Part shown: positions 16,572 through 29,992 of the stretch, piece after piece
Numbering within the stretch: position 1 is the first letter of the stretch
How the letters are laid out: each line of letters begins with the position of its first letter
Assembly: GCF_009914755.1 (NCBI RefSeq)
Contig: NC_060927.1
DNA: 64,000 nucleotides
Source: the human T2T-CHM13v2.0 reference genome, Homo sapiens
Reading direction: 5' to 3' (one strand)
Notes under the pieces: model-generated
Database searches by the model: none
Seen by the model: the letters and a program-made list of their open reading frames with translations, nothing else
What the model was told of the DNA's origin: nothing
Translations under genes and position numbers: made by a program

Positions 16572-16883
16572 ATAGTTTTCCCTTGGTATCCACTGAGGAT
16601 CGGTCCTAGTAGATCCACAGAGAGCAAAATCCAAAGATGCTCAAGTCCTTTACATACAATTGAGTAGTATTTATATATAACCTCTGCACATTTTTCTGTA
16701 TACTTTAATTCATCTCTAGATTACTTATAACTCCTAATAAAATATAAATGCTATGTCAACAGTTGTTATACTATATTTTTAAAAGTTCGTATTTTTTTTA
16801 CTGTTGTATTTTTTTTATTATACTTTCTTTGAATATTTTCCACCTGTGATTGCTTGAATCCACTGCTACAGAGGGAGGACTAT
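16572..16883. mobile_element. MER2 (TcMar-Tigger) element
   Basis: cccttggtatcc...aaatccaaagatgctcaagtcc...tcatctctagattacttataa...gaatattttc...tgaatcc. Confidence 0.8.
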
Positions 16884-17130
16884 AGTTGGTGGCAGTGGCC
16901 TTTCCAGCAGGAGCCTGAGAGGCACTGATGGAGCTAGGACAGTAAAACTTAGAGGAATTGAGCTTTGGGCATGTTATTTGTTTTTTTTTCCCCCGAGGGT
17001 TTTTATTTTAACTTTTAGTGTTGAGAAGAGGCACCACTGGCCAATTACTTGATGATAACCAATGGATTGGTCGGACAATGACTTTAGATGAAGCAATCTT
17101 ATTGACTATGTATGCCTGGATAACAGTACA

Positions 17131-17556
17131 TTTTATTTTTATTTTTATTTCATTTATTTATTTTTTATTATTATACTTTGTTTTAGGGTACATGTGCACA
17201 ACATGCAGGTTTGTTACATATGTATACAAGTGCCATGTTGGTGTGCAGCACCCATTAACTTGTCATTTACATTAGATATATCTCCTAATGCTGTCCCTCC
17301 CCCCTCCCCCCACCCCACGACAGGCCCCGGTGTGTGATGTTTCCAACCCCGTGTCCAAGTGTTCTCATTGTTCAATTCCCACGTATGAGTGAGAACATGT
17401 GGTGTTTGGTTTTGGGTCCTTGTGATAGTTTGCTCAGAATGATGGTTTCCAGCTTCATCCATGTCCCTACAAAGGACAAGAACTCATCCTTTTTTATGGC
17501 TTCATAGTATTCCCTGCTGTATATGTGCCACATTTTCTTAATCCAGTCTATCATTG
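17131..17556 (-). mobile_element. 5'-truncated L1PA (primate L1) 3' end
   Basis: ttattatacttt...gggtacatgtgcacaac...ttcttaatccagtctatcattg. ORF 17372..17590(-) contains the ORF2 C-terminus (DWIKKMWHIY...WMKLETIILSKLSQ). Near-TSD at 17122-17134 and 17557-17569. Confidence 0.93.
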
Positions 17557-18904
17557 AACAGTATGTTTTGCCTTTGTGAAAACACAGCATATTTTTGGTG
17601 TTGTTCCAGGTAAAGTCTATATCAATATTTGGATAAAGAACTCTTTGTAAGAAAAAACAGCGTGAGGGTCAGATGGAAAAAGGTTGTGGGTTTTTTTTTT
17701 TTTTTGGTCTTTTGAAAATATTTTACTTCTCTCAGCTATAACTTTCTAAGCCGAATAATACATCGCTTGAAATGATAGCAAGATTTTCTTTCATTTGAAG
17801 TTCTGAATAAGTCCATTGACACTTTGCTTTGTGGTTCATGTGCTTATAGTTGGCCCCCATCATTTTTTTAAACCTATTTTTGATCTGATGATTTTCTAAA
17901 TGTATCAGACTTCTTTCAGAGAATTACCACTTGGGCTAGCAACCAAGATTAAGCTGTTTTTATGATACTGGATTATCAGACCATTTTAATCTGGGCAGAA
18001 AGGTTAGTTCTATTAGGAGTTAGGGTCTAACTGGGGCCAAGCTCAGGAATTCAAACTTAAGAACACGCCAGTGGGCATTATATTGTGAGCCATTTTTTAA
18101 TCTCATGAATCCTTGTACTTTGTTATAGTATAGCAGTTTGGCTCAGTGAGTAGTTTCTGGTGTTTTCAGGGCTTGTTCCTTTCTGTTCCCTAGTTCTAAG
18201 GAGAAGTAAAAACCAAAGATAATGGGCATCATTGAGCCAGCACAGATATACTTTAGCTACCTGCCACCTGAAGGAGTCAGAAATAATCTCCTTGACTGGA
18301 ACCCCATGTAGCCATTATGTTCCTATCTGTGAGGCTCACATTCTTGCCCAGTCTGTTGTTAAGACCCGCTAACAAGCAGCTTCCTCCACGTTGGGTAAAT
18401 CCATTACTGGAGCAATCACTCTGTGTCAAGCATTCTGATTTCCTGAGTTAATAAAATACATGTTCCATTTACTCAATGAAAAAATACTCTGGTAAAACCC
18501 AGGTTACAATTCTGATTTGGTTTGGTATGCTTTTTCAAAAAAGAATGTTTTCAAATATTTGATAAAATGTAAGCATGTAGTGATATTTTAAATTTACTTA
18601 TGTTGGTAATGAAGCTAATTTAGGCAATTGTAATCCATTTCTTAGGAAATCAGTCTGTTATGAAACCATTTTCGCCATTTAGCACATATTTGAAAACCAT
18701 GTACAGCACATTGTATCAGGCTTCAGGGCTTAGAAGTGAAAAAGACAGTTTGAGCCCTCTCCATTGGCAGACACCAGCTTGCAAACAACTGTGATTCAAA
18801 GAATGATATGTGTCTGCTCATGAAATGAATTGACCATGTGAGCCTAGGCAAGCCGCTTGATTTTTTCAGGCCTGTTTTGTCACTGTGACACAGAGTTGCC
18901 CTAG

Positions 18905-19040
18905 AGCAATGCATTCCAACTTCTAATGTGCCTAGGAATCAGCTGGGCTCTGTTTTGGTAGGTGTAGGGTGGGGCCTGAGATTACGCATACTTAACCAGC
19001 TCTTAGACCATGCCAAAAGCACTGGTCCATCCACCACATT
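18905..19040. mobile_element. MER5-type hAT MITE
   Basis: ggaatcagctggg...gtagggtggggcctgagatt...taaccagctc...ctggtcca. Confidence 0.6.
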
Positions 19041-19049
19041 AAAAAAAAA

Positions 19050-20448
19050 AATTATTAAAACAGCTTTTTTGAGATATAATGTGCATATCATACAGTTCAC
19101 ACATTTAAGGTGTATCGTTCAGTGGTTTTCAGTATATTCACAGTTGTACACCCATCACTACAGTCTAATTATAGAGCATTTTCATCACTCTCAAAGGAAA
19201 ACCCTTACCTCTTAGCATTCATTCTGTATTTTCCCTGCCTCTAGCAGCCACTAATCTGCTTGCCACTGAAATACATGTGCCTATTCTGGACATTTCATAT
19301 AAGTAGAATCATACAATATGTAGTCTTTTATGTCTGGCCTCTTTCATTTAATGTAATGTTTTTAGGTACTTCATTCATGTATGTCATTGTTTTTTACTGC
19401 CAAATAATTTTCCATTGTAAGGATTTATATCACATAGTTGGTGAATTTAATCCATTTACACTTACAGTGATTACTGATAGGAAAGGACTTCTGTTGTTAC
19501 TTGTTTTCTATTTGTGTTATCTTTTTATGTTCCTCAGTTTCTCCTTTGTGCCCTTCTTTGTTTTTTTTCCACGCCCCTCCAATTGATTTTTTTTGATGTA
19601 CCTTTTTTATTCCCTCAAATTATTTTCTGTGCATACTGTTTACTTATTTTCTTAGTGATTATATGTGGATTACAATGAACATCCTAATCTTATAACAATC
19701 TATTTGAAGTGATACTAACTTTGCTTCAGTAGCATACAAAATCGTACAGCCCACACCTCCCTCATCTTTGTTATTTTTGCAAATGACATCTTTATGCATT
19801 CTGTGCCCATTAATATAGATTTATAAGCATTTTATGCATTTATAAGTTTAATTATATAGGAAGCAAACACAGGAGTCACGAACTCAACATACAATAATAC
19901 TGACTTTTATGTTTACCTACATAGTTAGCTTCATTGGAATTCTTTATGTCTTCATATGGCTTTGAGTTACTTTCTACTTTCTTATTTCAGCCTAAAGGGC
20001 TGTCTCTTAGCATTTCTTATGAGTCAGGTCTGACTAGTGATGAACTCTTTTTGCTTTTGTTTATTTAGGATTTTAAAAATTTCTCCTTCATTTTTAAAAG
20101 ATAATGTTGCCAGATAGAAAATTATTGGTTGACAGTTTTTTTTTTCTGAATATTATAAATGTCTGCTCTTTTTGGCCTCTGTGGTTTCTGATTAGGATTA
20201 TTAATCTTAATGAAAATTCTGTTATGTGATAAGTTGTTTCTGTGGCTGTTTTCAAGATTCTGTCTTTATCTTTCAATGGTTTGATTATAATGTGTTTAAT
20301 TGTGGATATCTTTGAGTTTATTATATTTGGATTTCATTGAGCTCCTTGGTTGTGTAGATTTATGTCTTTCATCAAGTTGGGGAAGTTTTCAGCCATTTTA
20401 TCTTCAGCTATTCTTTCTGTCGCCTTCTCTTTTTTCCTTCTGAGATTG
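19050..20448 (-). mobile_element. Old L1M fragments (3' UTR, then ORF2 start and ORF1 region)
   Basis: 3' UTR pattern at 19050-19430. Minus-strand SVITVSVNGLNSP (ORF2 endonuclease N-terminus) at ~19437-19480. KDKDRILK (ORF1-like) in ORF 20094..20276. Confidence 0.8.
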
Positions 20449-20450
20449 TA

Positions 20451-21410
20451 CTGGCATACCTCATTTTATCATGCTTCAAAGATAATGCATTTAAAAAAAT
20501 ATATTAATAGATTTGTGGCAACCCTGTGTCAGGCAAGTCTGTTGGCACCATTTTTCCAACAGCATGGTGCTTACTTTGTATCTCTGTGTCACATTTTGGT
20601 AATTCTCACAGTATTTCGAACTTTTTCAATATTATGTCTATTATGGTGATCTGTGATCAGTGATCTTTGCTGTTACTGTTAAAATTGTTTTGGGGCATCA
20701 TTAACGATGTTCATGTAAGACTATAAATGTAATGAGTAAATGTTGCGTGTTTTCTACTGCTGCTCTGCCCGACTGCTCTTTCCTTCTCCTTGGGCTTTCC
20801 TGTTCTCTGAGAAACAGCAATATGGAAATTAAGCCAATTAATAACCCTACAGTGGCCTCTTAAGTGTTCAAGTGAAAGGAAAAATTGCATGTCTTTCACT
20901 TTAAGTCAAAAGCTAGAAATGATTAAGCTTACTGAGGAATGCACGTCAAAAGCTAAGATAGGCTGAAGGCTAGGCCTCTTGCCTCAAACAATTAGCCAAG
21001 TTGTGAATGCAAAGAAAAAATTCTTGAAATTAAAAGTGCTATTCCAGTGAACACACAAATGATAAGAAGTAAAACATTCTTATTGTGGATATGAAGAAAG
21101 TTTGAAAGGTTTCGATAAAACATAAAAGCAGCCACAATATTTCCTTAAACCAAACCTAATCCAGAGCAGGACCCTAACTCTCTTCAGTTCTGTGAAGGCC
21201 GAGAGAAGTGAGGAAGCTGCCAAAGAAAAGTTTGAAGCTTGCAGAGATTGGTTCGTGAGGTTTAAGAAAAGAAGCCATCTCTGTAACATATAAGTGCAAG
21301 ATGAAGCAGCAGATGTTGATGGAGAAGCTGCAGCAAGTTATTCAGAAGATGTAGCTAAGATCATTGAGGAAGGTGGTTGTACCGAACATTTTCAATGTAG
21401 ATGAAACAGC
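20451..21410 (+). mobile_element. Tigger1 (TcMar/pogo) 5' part, truncated
   Basis: ta|ctggcatacctcattttat TIR. Decayed transposase from KCSSERK..SFTLSQKLEMIKL to FNVDETA, ending at the first DDE aspartate. Confidence 0.9.
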
Positions 21411-23054
21411 TGTATCTTCTGAATAACTTTCTGTATACTCGAATCAGAAAGTTAGCAATTTATGTAAGCATCTACCACGGGATAAAATTAATTTCATATA
21501 TCGTTTTCAGTAATACGTAACATAACACTTGGTTGGTTTGGCTTTGAGTGTTAGTTAAATACATGAAGATTTTAAATTACATTTTTCTTCATTTGCATAA
21601 ACAGTGAGGTATGTTAATTTTTGAGAACAGAAGTAAGAAATTTTATCATGATCAGGCAGCTACAGGTGAATATTTTGGAAGATTGTTTTCTGGGGAGAGA
21701 AATCCATTTCTAATCTGCATTTTAATGATTTGCTTTTAATTCTAGACTCGAGAGGTGATTGCCTTATCAGTGTACCGTATGTCAAACCGTTCTTTAGCTT
21801 AAGAACTTATTTGTAGCTGCCAGTTGTTCCATATTAACCTGAATTTTTAAAAGTACTTTCTGCCTTTCAGGAAACCTTTGTGACTGGCATTTGATTTCTT
21901 TCTCTCTAGTGTTTTATGGGAATAATAATCTTGTGAATTTTCCAATCATTTTTATTGTGTACATGTTAAATATTTAGACTGTGGATTATATAGTCGTCTT
22001 GATTCTTATTTATATTCTGATTTTTGAACTGTTTTATAGCATATTCACACCTCCACCAGACTGCTTGAAGAAGAATGAAAGTGAAAATCAGTTTTCTTGT
22101 TCATTAACAGGTCTTCTGAGGGTTTAATACTTAAACTTCTGGCTGGCTGTCATGGGGCTGCCTGATTCTTTGATTTCACTTTATCCTACCTTTCCCTCTC
22201 TCATGAATGCAATGAATAATGACTCTAATATCTTTCTTCTCAGACGAATTAAATTGTGACTTTATTAAACTGTAATAGGCTTGCCTAATTTATTAAATTC
22301 CACCTTTTCTTTCCCTCTACTCCCTCAAAACTACTTCCTAGGAAAACTCTTGCAATCACTATTAAGAGAAAATAACTTGTGACTTAGAAAGTATTCGTAT
22401 TCAACAGATAGTTGAAATCTTTGCAGATTGGGACATTGTAAGATTTAGACAAATTTCATGATCATTTGAGTTTTAGTTGCAAATTTATAATGATATAGGA
22501 AAAAATTAGGGTCCTGAGCTCCTTTTTCTTCCACATCAGCTTGTCTGTTCCACCAGACAAGGGCTCTCTTAAGTGATTGTTGTTCTGAGGCTGAAACCAA
22601 AGAGCTAGGTTGCTGACAGAGCCATGAAATCATGCTTTTCTCTTTTTAAAAACAACAGATTAAAAAAAAAATTCCTTCTCTGTTAGTCACTTCATGTTAG
22701 TATTTATCCATGTTTAAGATTTACATTTAAAGCAAAAGTCTTCAAAGGGAAAACATGAGTTTTACTTCTCTTACAGAAGGAATTCTGTAAATTTCTACAA
22801 GTATTTTTAAATATTAGTGGGTCTCTTTCCTAATTAAGATCTTGGAAAGTTACGTGCAACTCTGACTGTTGTAACAAGCATTAAATATGAGCTTGCTAAA
22901 TAAAATGAACCTTATATAAATTTACTTGTAATTCAGATAATACATAATTTTTTACATATCTTTGCTTTATGTGTTATACTGTCTTTTTCTATAAGTGGTT
23001 ACAAAATTGGGGAGGAGAAATAATTTGCAGATTGATCCTCTAAATAATTAAGAG

Positions 23055-23272
23055 GAATCTGGAGTTAAAGTCTTTCAACACTGGAATTTTATCTGCATAG
23101 TGTTGTACCTCTATAACGTTGGATGAGTTACTTAACCTTTCAGTGCCTGTAAAACAGATAATAATAGTAATTACTTGCCTCATAGGAGTTGTTAGTAGGA
23201 TTAAATGTGATAATTTAGCATAGATATGTAGCATAGTGCCTAGCAGATGGTAAGCAATGAAATGTCAGCTGA
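23055..23272 (+). mobile_element. MIR SINE
   Basis: gagttacttaacc...ctgtaaaa...ataatagta...cctcataggagttgtt...ggattaaatg...gcatagtgcctagca. Confidence 0.75.
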
Positions 23273-23759
23273 TTTTTAGTATTGGCATTATCTTTGAAGA
23301 AGGGCCCATTTTAAGATTTGTTTCTCTTACCTTGCTAATAAATGTGTTAGTGTGAAAAGTTAAATAGTTCCAAGGTTAACGTGGAAATAAAAGTCAAATA
23401 AATATGTTTCTTTAATAAAGAAAAATTCACTTGCCTTTGAACATGACAGGTGTTTTTTAAATCTTCAGTTGCGTTAAGGTAATGAACTCAGATTTATTAA
23501 CTGGTTTGTGTTTGTATACACAATTAATGTTAAATGCAAAATCCTTTAAAGTCTAAATGACTATTGATCTGTATTTTAAAGAATAATTTTTGTAAGCTTA
23601 TTTTGATACTAAAATGCATTCCACTGTCATATTATCTAAACTTCTGGGAAATGCTAGCACAATTTTGTCTCTTTGGAGTTATATTTATTTTCATGATGAA
23701 TATTTTAAAACTTAACAACCTATTGTAAACTGTTATTTTTGCAGTTATGTTTGCCTAAC

Positions 23760-24122
23760 ACACAAACACACCAAGCATGTTCCTGTCCCCAAGGTCTTTG
23801 TACTTTTTGTTGCCTTTACATGAAATCCACTCTCCCTAATTATGGCCCAGCCTTGGAGCTCTCAGGTCTGTCAGGGCTCTGCAGAGGATTACCTGGTTTT
23901 GGGGAATGTTTTCTTCTAAAATGTGGCTCTATCTTTATTATGTTTGTTGTTTTCCCCCTACCTGGCATTATGTTATATACTCGTGCTTGTTTAAAATCAC
24001 TTTCCCATTAATATCCAAGGGTAGAAACTTTGTTTCATTCACTGCTGATTATCCTACTGTGTATGATAAAGCACAGGGCCTGGCACATTGTAAGCAGTAA
24101 TAAATATTTGTTAAGTGAATGT
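23760..24122 (+). mobile_element. L2 3' end
   Basis: ttcattcactgctg...gggcctggcacattgtaagcagtaataaatatttgttaagtgaatg. Confidence 0.7.
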
Positions 24123-24860
24123 AGGAATGTTGTTGATCAAATTAAAACAGTTTTGTTGAGGAGATGAAGATTCTGTGAACCAATTTTTAATAATCATTTT
24201 ACGTGAGGTTATTTGAGGTTTTTATGCTCAGAAGTGAACCATTTGAAAAGATGTAATTTATAACTTTTCACCCCCCACCAAAAGAAAAGAAAAAGAAGAT
24301 TTAAATTTAGAATACTTGGTACATAGTGTGAACTGAGAGTTAAGAAAGGCCTGATTGAGAATACTGACTCAGCCTAAAATATCAGTGATACTGTGCAGTA
24401 ATTTATCCTGTTTTCTTACCAGGAGCTTGCTCAGTGCCTAACACTGATAGTCAGTAAATGTTTGTTGGGTGAATGAATGAGCCTGTAAAATCAGTAAAGT
24501 CATGAACTAATTCCTAGTTTCTTACAGAGTATCCTAAGGACCCTTGAATAAATGCTTCTGGAATAAAATGGATGGAAATTTGCAACAGAATCACCTGGAG
24601 GGCTTGTAAATACTGTCTGTTAGGTTTACTTTTTCCACCCTGTGTTTGAGGTGGAGCAAAGGACTCTTAACTTCTAACAAGTTCTGAGGTAGTGGATGTG
24701 ATGCTGTCCTCCTTTCAGAAGCTTTGCTGTATATCTGTATTCCTGTTGAGGTGATTCATGTTAATGTATTGAAGGTTTTGAGAGCACTGCAGTAGAGGAA
24801 GCTGTTTAACTCTTAACTATTTCTGACTTACTTGGCCCTAGTCCTCTCCCTCACTTGTTC

Positions 24861-24922
24861 GTATGTATGTATGTATGTATGTATGTATGTATGTATATAT
24901 GTATGTATGTGTGTATGTATCT
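24861..24922. repeat. (GTAT)n tetranucleotide microsatellite
   Basis: About 9 perfect gtat units followed by degenerate units. Confidence 0.95.
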
Positions 24923-25540
24923 ATACTCATAAAATTGTTTTTTTTTTCTTTTTTCTGTATGCTTGGGTAGGTAAATACTGTGTCAGGAGTGAAGCCTTCA
25001 AAACTGAGCCCTGTTGCAGAGTTGGAAGATATTATGATAGTTATGATCTGCATGAAAGCATTTGTATACATTTTTGAGTCTTGCAAATTGTAATTTGGAA
25101 TAAACGGCATGTATAACAATAATGATTTTATGAAAATTGATTCCAAAATGATGAAATGATTTCTAAGTAACATTTTTCCCCTTTATTCATTTATCACTTT
25201 CAGTCATCGTCGATGGTTTTAATCTGCCAAGCCATATTTCCAGAACTTTAGGTACTTGACAAAATTAGGAAATAATATTTTGTCATGAAAAGTTGAGTTT
25301 TCTCTAGATGAAGATTGAGTCTTAGCTAGTGTCAAATTTTTCCTAGTTGTATTTTCAATTTTAGGCTAATCTAGTCTCATGGTACAGCATTCTACTTTGC
25401 ATGTCTTAGATTTTGTTGACTTAATTGTATTTTAAAATATGATTGTACTGATTCTGGTCTTTTAGAGTGATGGTTTTGATACAAGATGTGGCTAATCAAT
25501 GGAAAAGGGATGTTTGAGGAAGAAGTGATGATGGTTATGA

Positions 25541-25825
<285 letters not shown>

Positions 25826-26233
25826 TGATTTTATGTGGAATTTTTCAAATACATGACAAAGGATAAAATTGAACTTAACCCATTACATCTATTTGTGAAA
25901 CTGGGGAGAATCTGTGTCCCCAAAGTATAATATTTCCGTAGTTCTGCTATTTCCCAGATAATGGATAATCCTCAATACCTGTTTCTTTTTAAAGAGAGAA
26001 ACAGTGTTTTCATGGATGTGTTTATTATTAAATAAATTTTAATTTAGTTAATATGATACTGGCTATAATAATCTGACTATATGTTGTTCACCTGTTGATC
26101 GATTTCAAATGCTTCCTTTCCTGAATTCTGATACTCCACCAGTGCAAAAGACACCATTCACTAGGGGTAAAAAGAAACTATATTAAATGTCTCCTATTGA
26201 GTATAATACATGTTTGTATTTCAGAAATACTAA

Positions 26234-26566
<333 letters not shown>

Positions 26567-26791
26567 AGCAATACGTTTAATGTAATGTTTGTTTCCAGAG
26601 TTTAAATCATAAGGGGCAAATGCTAATGACAGGAACATAAAAAAGTAAATTTGCTGAGGAAATCTTAGGAGTGTGTATGTTAGACATCTTCACTGTAGGT
26701 AAGACTTTGAAAGTTGTTGGATGTGTGTGTGTATGTGTTTTGGTTTACATTTCATCTGGATGTAAATGTATTTTCCTGTTTTTCCCCTTAG

Positions 26792-26860
26792 GGTGTTGTC
26801 ATTGGAACAGGAGAAAATTCTGAATTTGGGGAGGTTTTTAAAATGATGCAAGCAGAAGAG
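26792..26860 (+). CDS. ATP2C1: ATP2C1 exon H (69 nt): GVVIGTGENSEFGEVFKMMQAEE
   Basis: Boundaries ccttag|GGT and GAG|gtgagt. Confidence 0.97.
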
Positions 26861-27687
26861 GTGAGTACTTAATATGTTAATGATGTATTTGTTCCAAATC
26901 TGAAATTCTTCATTGTAAGTAGAGAATGTTGGATTATTTTATATACTATTGAGAGCAGTATTTTATTCAGAATGGAAATCAGTTGTCTCTGTTTAGAAAC
27001 ATAATTGGAAAGCCTGTAATTGAAAAGGTCTAAATTGATGTTGTTAGTATTCTAAAGGATTTTGAGCTTTACTCATTGTTTATAGCAGAAAAAGGCTTAT
27101 AGCCACTTATTTGTAGATCTTATTATTTTCAGAAATTAGTGTTGTGGTAATTTTAAGGATTAGTAATTAGTATATTTGTACCTTGGAATATGTCTTCTAT
27201 CAAATTTTTTCAACTTCACATAATTCCAAGTAAGGGTGGCAGGGAAAAGATTGCCAAGTAAAATAACCTACAAGATATTCTCGGCTAAAAGTATTAAAGA
27301 TGAGTTCATTTTAAATACTTTCTTATTATAAAAAGAAGCTTCATTCTGCAAATGTCGTGTTCTCCCCAAATCCTCTGGATTTCTCAGGTAACCTGCCAAA
27401 ACTCCAGTATGCGATGCAAAGTGGGAACTCATTCCAAGAGGCGTGGCAGTGAAGGGATGAATAGAGAAGAGGGTTAGCAGTTGAGGGAGGATTAAAAGAC
27501 CTGGGTTACTAGCATGTTTGTGGATACCAAAAGGGAAAAATTGGAAAAGCAAGTGAGAGAGCAGCTGATGGTAATGAAGTCCTGCAGTGGTTGGTAGGAG
27601 GGAGAACAGATTTTTCCTCAAAAGGAAGCATAGAGAGAACGGACCTTTTCAAATAATAAACAGGTTTTTAAAAATAGAGAATTTCTG

Positions 27688-27855
27688 TTCCTCACTGTGT
27701 GACCTTGGGCATTGTGTAAAATCTAAGTCTCAGTTTTCTCAGTGAAGGTGATTATTTACCTTATGGGAGAGTTGTATGGTTAACTTAGGAATTGCTTTGT
27801 CAAGCACTTAGCAAGCCCCTGGCACTTGATAAAGCTTAGTAAATATAGCTAATTG
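27688..27855 (+). mobile_element. MIR SINE immediately upstream of the exon I acceptor
   Basis: ctgtgtgaccttgggca...ctcagttttctc...aagcacttagca...cctggcac...taaatatagcta. Confidence 0.75.
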
Positions 27856-27883
27856 TGGTGACACTCTTCTTCAATTTATCAAG

Positions 27884-27959
27884 GCACCAAAAACCCCTCT
27901 GCAGAAGAGCATGGACCTCTTAGGAAAACAACTTTCCTTTTACTCCTTTGGTATAATAG
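27884..27959 (+). CDS. ATP2C1: ATP2C1 exon I (76 nt): [25 protein letters not shown]+G
   Basis: Boundaries atcaag|GCA and ATAG|gtaaga; KTPLQ motif. Confidence 0.96.
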
Positions 27960-28813
27960 GTAAGAGAAGAGTGAGTATGTATATATTTTTATTTGAGTTT
28001 TGTTTTTTGAATGTGAAGGGTGGTGGTATTCTAGTTTTATTTATTGGCTTTTCTTTTTTTTATTAAGTTTAATACTTTTTAAAATTATAAGACTACTAGT
28101 AGCCATTGTTCATTTCAACAAAGAAAAAATAGAACTCTGATTCTTGTAATCAGAAAATATTTCTTGAAACATTTTAGTATTTGTCTTTCTAGTCTTCAAC
28201 AAGAATGTAATACGATAGTTTTATGGACTGCTTTTCTATTTTTATTTCACATATCCTGTCATAAAACTCTTGTCATTAAATTGATGGTCACATAAAACAA
28301 ACATAAAGGTTGTATAGTTTTCTATTTTGTGGGAAAACATATAAGAAGACCTCTTCTAGACATTTAGGATTTTTTGAGGGTTTTTTTTTTGTCATATAAA
28401 TACTTCTTTAGTGTGGTGTCTTCTGGTAAATACCTCTCTTTTTTAAGGAAAAATTCTTAGAAATAAAATTATTTAGTCAAAGGGGATCCATGTAACTTTT
28501 AAATTTTTGGCCAGCTTTAAGTATTGTCATTAACTTCAACTGTAAATAAAAGAGTTCTCATTATTTGATTTCACAGTTCATTATTAGGGAAACCGAATGC
28601 TTTGTCATGTGTGGGTTGATCATTTTTATTTCATTTTATGACCTGCCAACGATTTCTTTTGTCCCTTTTCTTGTGTCTTGAGTCTTAGATTGATAAAAGC
28701 TTTTTATATGACTAGATTATCAATCTTTTTGTTGTATAAGTTTTTTTTTCCCGTTTAAGTTGCCTTTGAGGCATGTGGAATAAACCTGGTAAGAGGACAA
28801 TATATGTAATTAA

Positions 28814-28942
28814 CCATTTATGCCTAGTGTTCCATTATTGGAATGCTAAGCATGTGGGACTTATTTATATCCTACTGCTCAAGGTCATTGCCAAGGTCTG
28901 GTTGCAAAAATTCAAAAAATTGCAACCTCAGACACAAATGGG
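28814..28942 (+). mobile_element. MER85 (non-autonomous piggyBac/PGBD3 MITE)
   Basis: TTAA on both sides (28810-28813, 28943-28946). TIRs ccatttatgcct and agacacaaatggg; internal palindrome gttccattattggaat; ~130 bp. Confidence 0.92.
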
Positions 28943-29332
28943 TTAAAACATCCCCTTTTCCTTGAGATTCTGTTATCACCCTCCTATTGATAATCTCTGC
29001 AATTAAGTTGGTTTTGTTCTGTTCCTAAAGATTTTCCCAACCTCATGTTTATAAGAACATTTATTAAAACATTGTTGTATAGTTTTTTATTTTTGACATT
29101 TTACTATTTTATTTAAAATTTATTTTAGTACATGGCTTAAGGCAGAGTTTTAACTTTTTTACTCAAGTTAATTATCCCATTAATTCTGTAATCCAGTCTT
29201 TATTCATTGGATTGAAGTCACGTTTTTATCACACATTAAGCACTTGCATTAATTTTGGAGTCTTTTCTCCTTTAATTTTCTTACCGTGTTAATTATTCCA
29301 GCTAGTTTAGTATTTCAAAGTCAGTAATACAA

Positions 29333-29610
29333 TTTTTTTATTTGAGATGGAGTCTCATTCTTGTTGCTCAGGCTGAAGTGCAATGGCGCAATCCCGGCTG
29401 ACTGTAACCTCCACCTCCTGGGGTTCAAGTGATTTCCCTGCCTCAGCCTCCCGAGTAGCTGGGATTACAGGTGTGCACCACCACACCTGGCTAATTTTTT
29501 TATTGTATTTTTAATAGGGACGGGATTTTACCACATTGGCCAGGCTGGTCTCAAACTCCTGAACTCATGTGATTGCCCACCTCAGCCTCCCAAAGTGCAG
29601 GGATTACAGG
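29333..29610 (-). mobile_element. AluS, antisense, slightly 5'-truncated
   Basis: The dimer ends at gggattacagg; flanks taatacaatttt and taatgcaatttt. Confidence 0.9.
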
Positions 29611-29992
29611 ACTAATGCAATTTTAAAGCAATATTTCTGTTAATACAATATTAGTTGAAATAACTTTGTAAATAGTAATTCTGTTTATCCATCTATCTTC
29701 ATTGTAAACATAAAGTAGAAGGTAGGAAGTTATCTTAGTTATTTTTGTTTTACTGGTGTGTATGCCCTCATAACTTCTTCCGTTTGATTATTGCTCATTT
29801 TCTAGAAATTTTATAGTGAATTTGATAGATCGAATGACATTCTAGCCAATTAAATCTTTGTAGTTTCTATTAGCACTATACCATAAACCATTTCAAATTT
29901 AGTAATAAATATGTTTCAACTTTACGATCTCTGGTTATATGTTAGTATATTACATTGGACATAATTTTTCTTGCCAAGGTCAAGAGCTAGAT

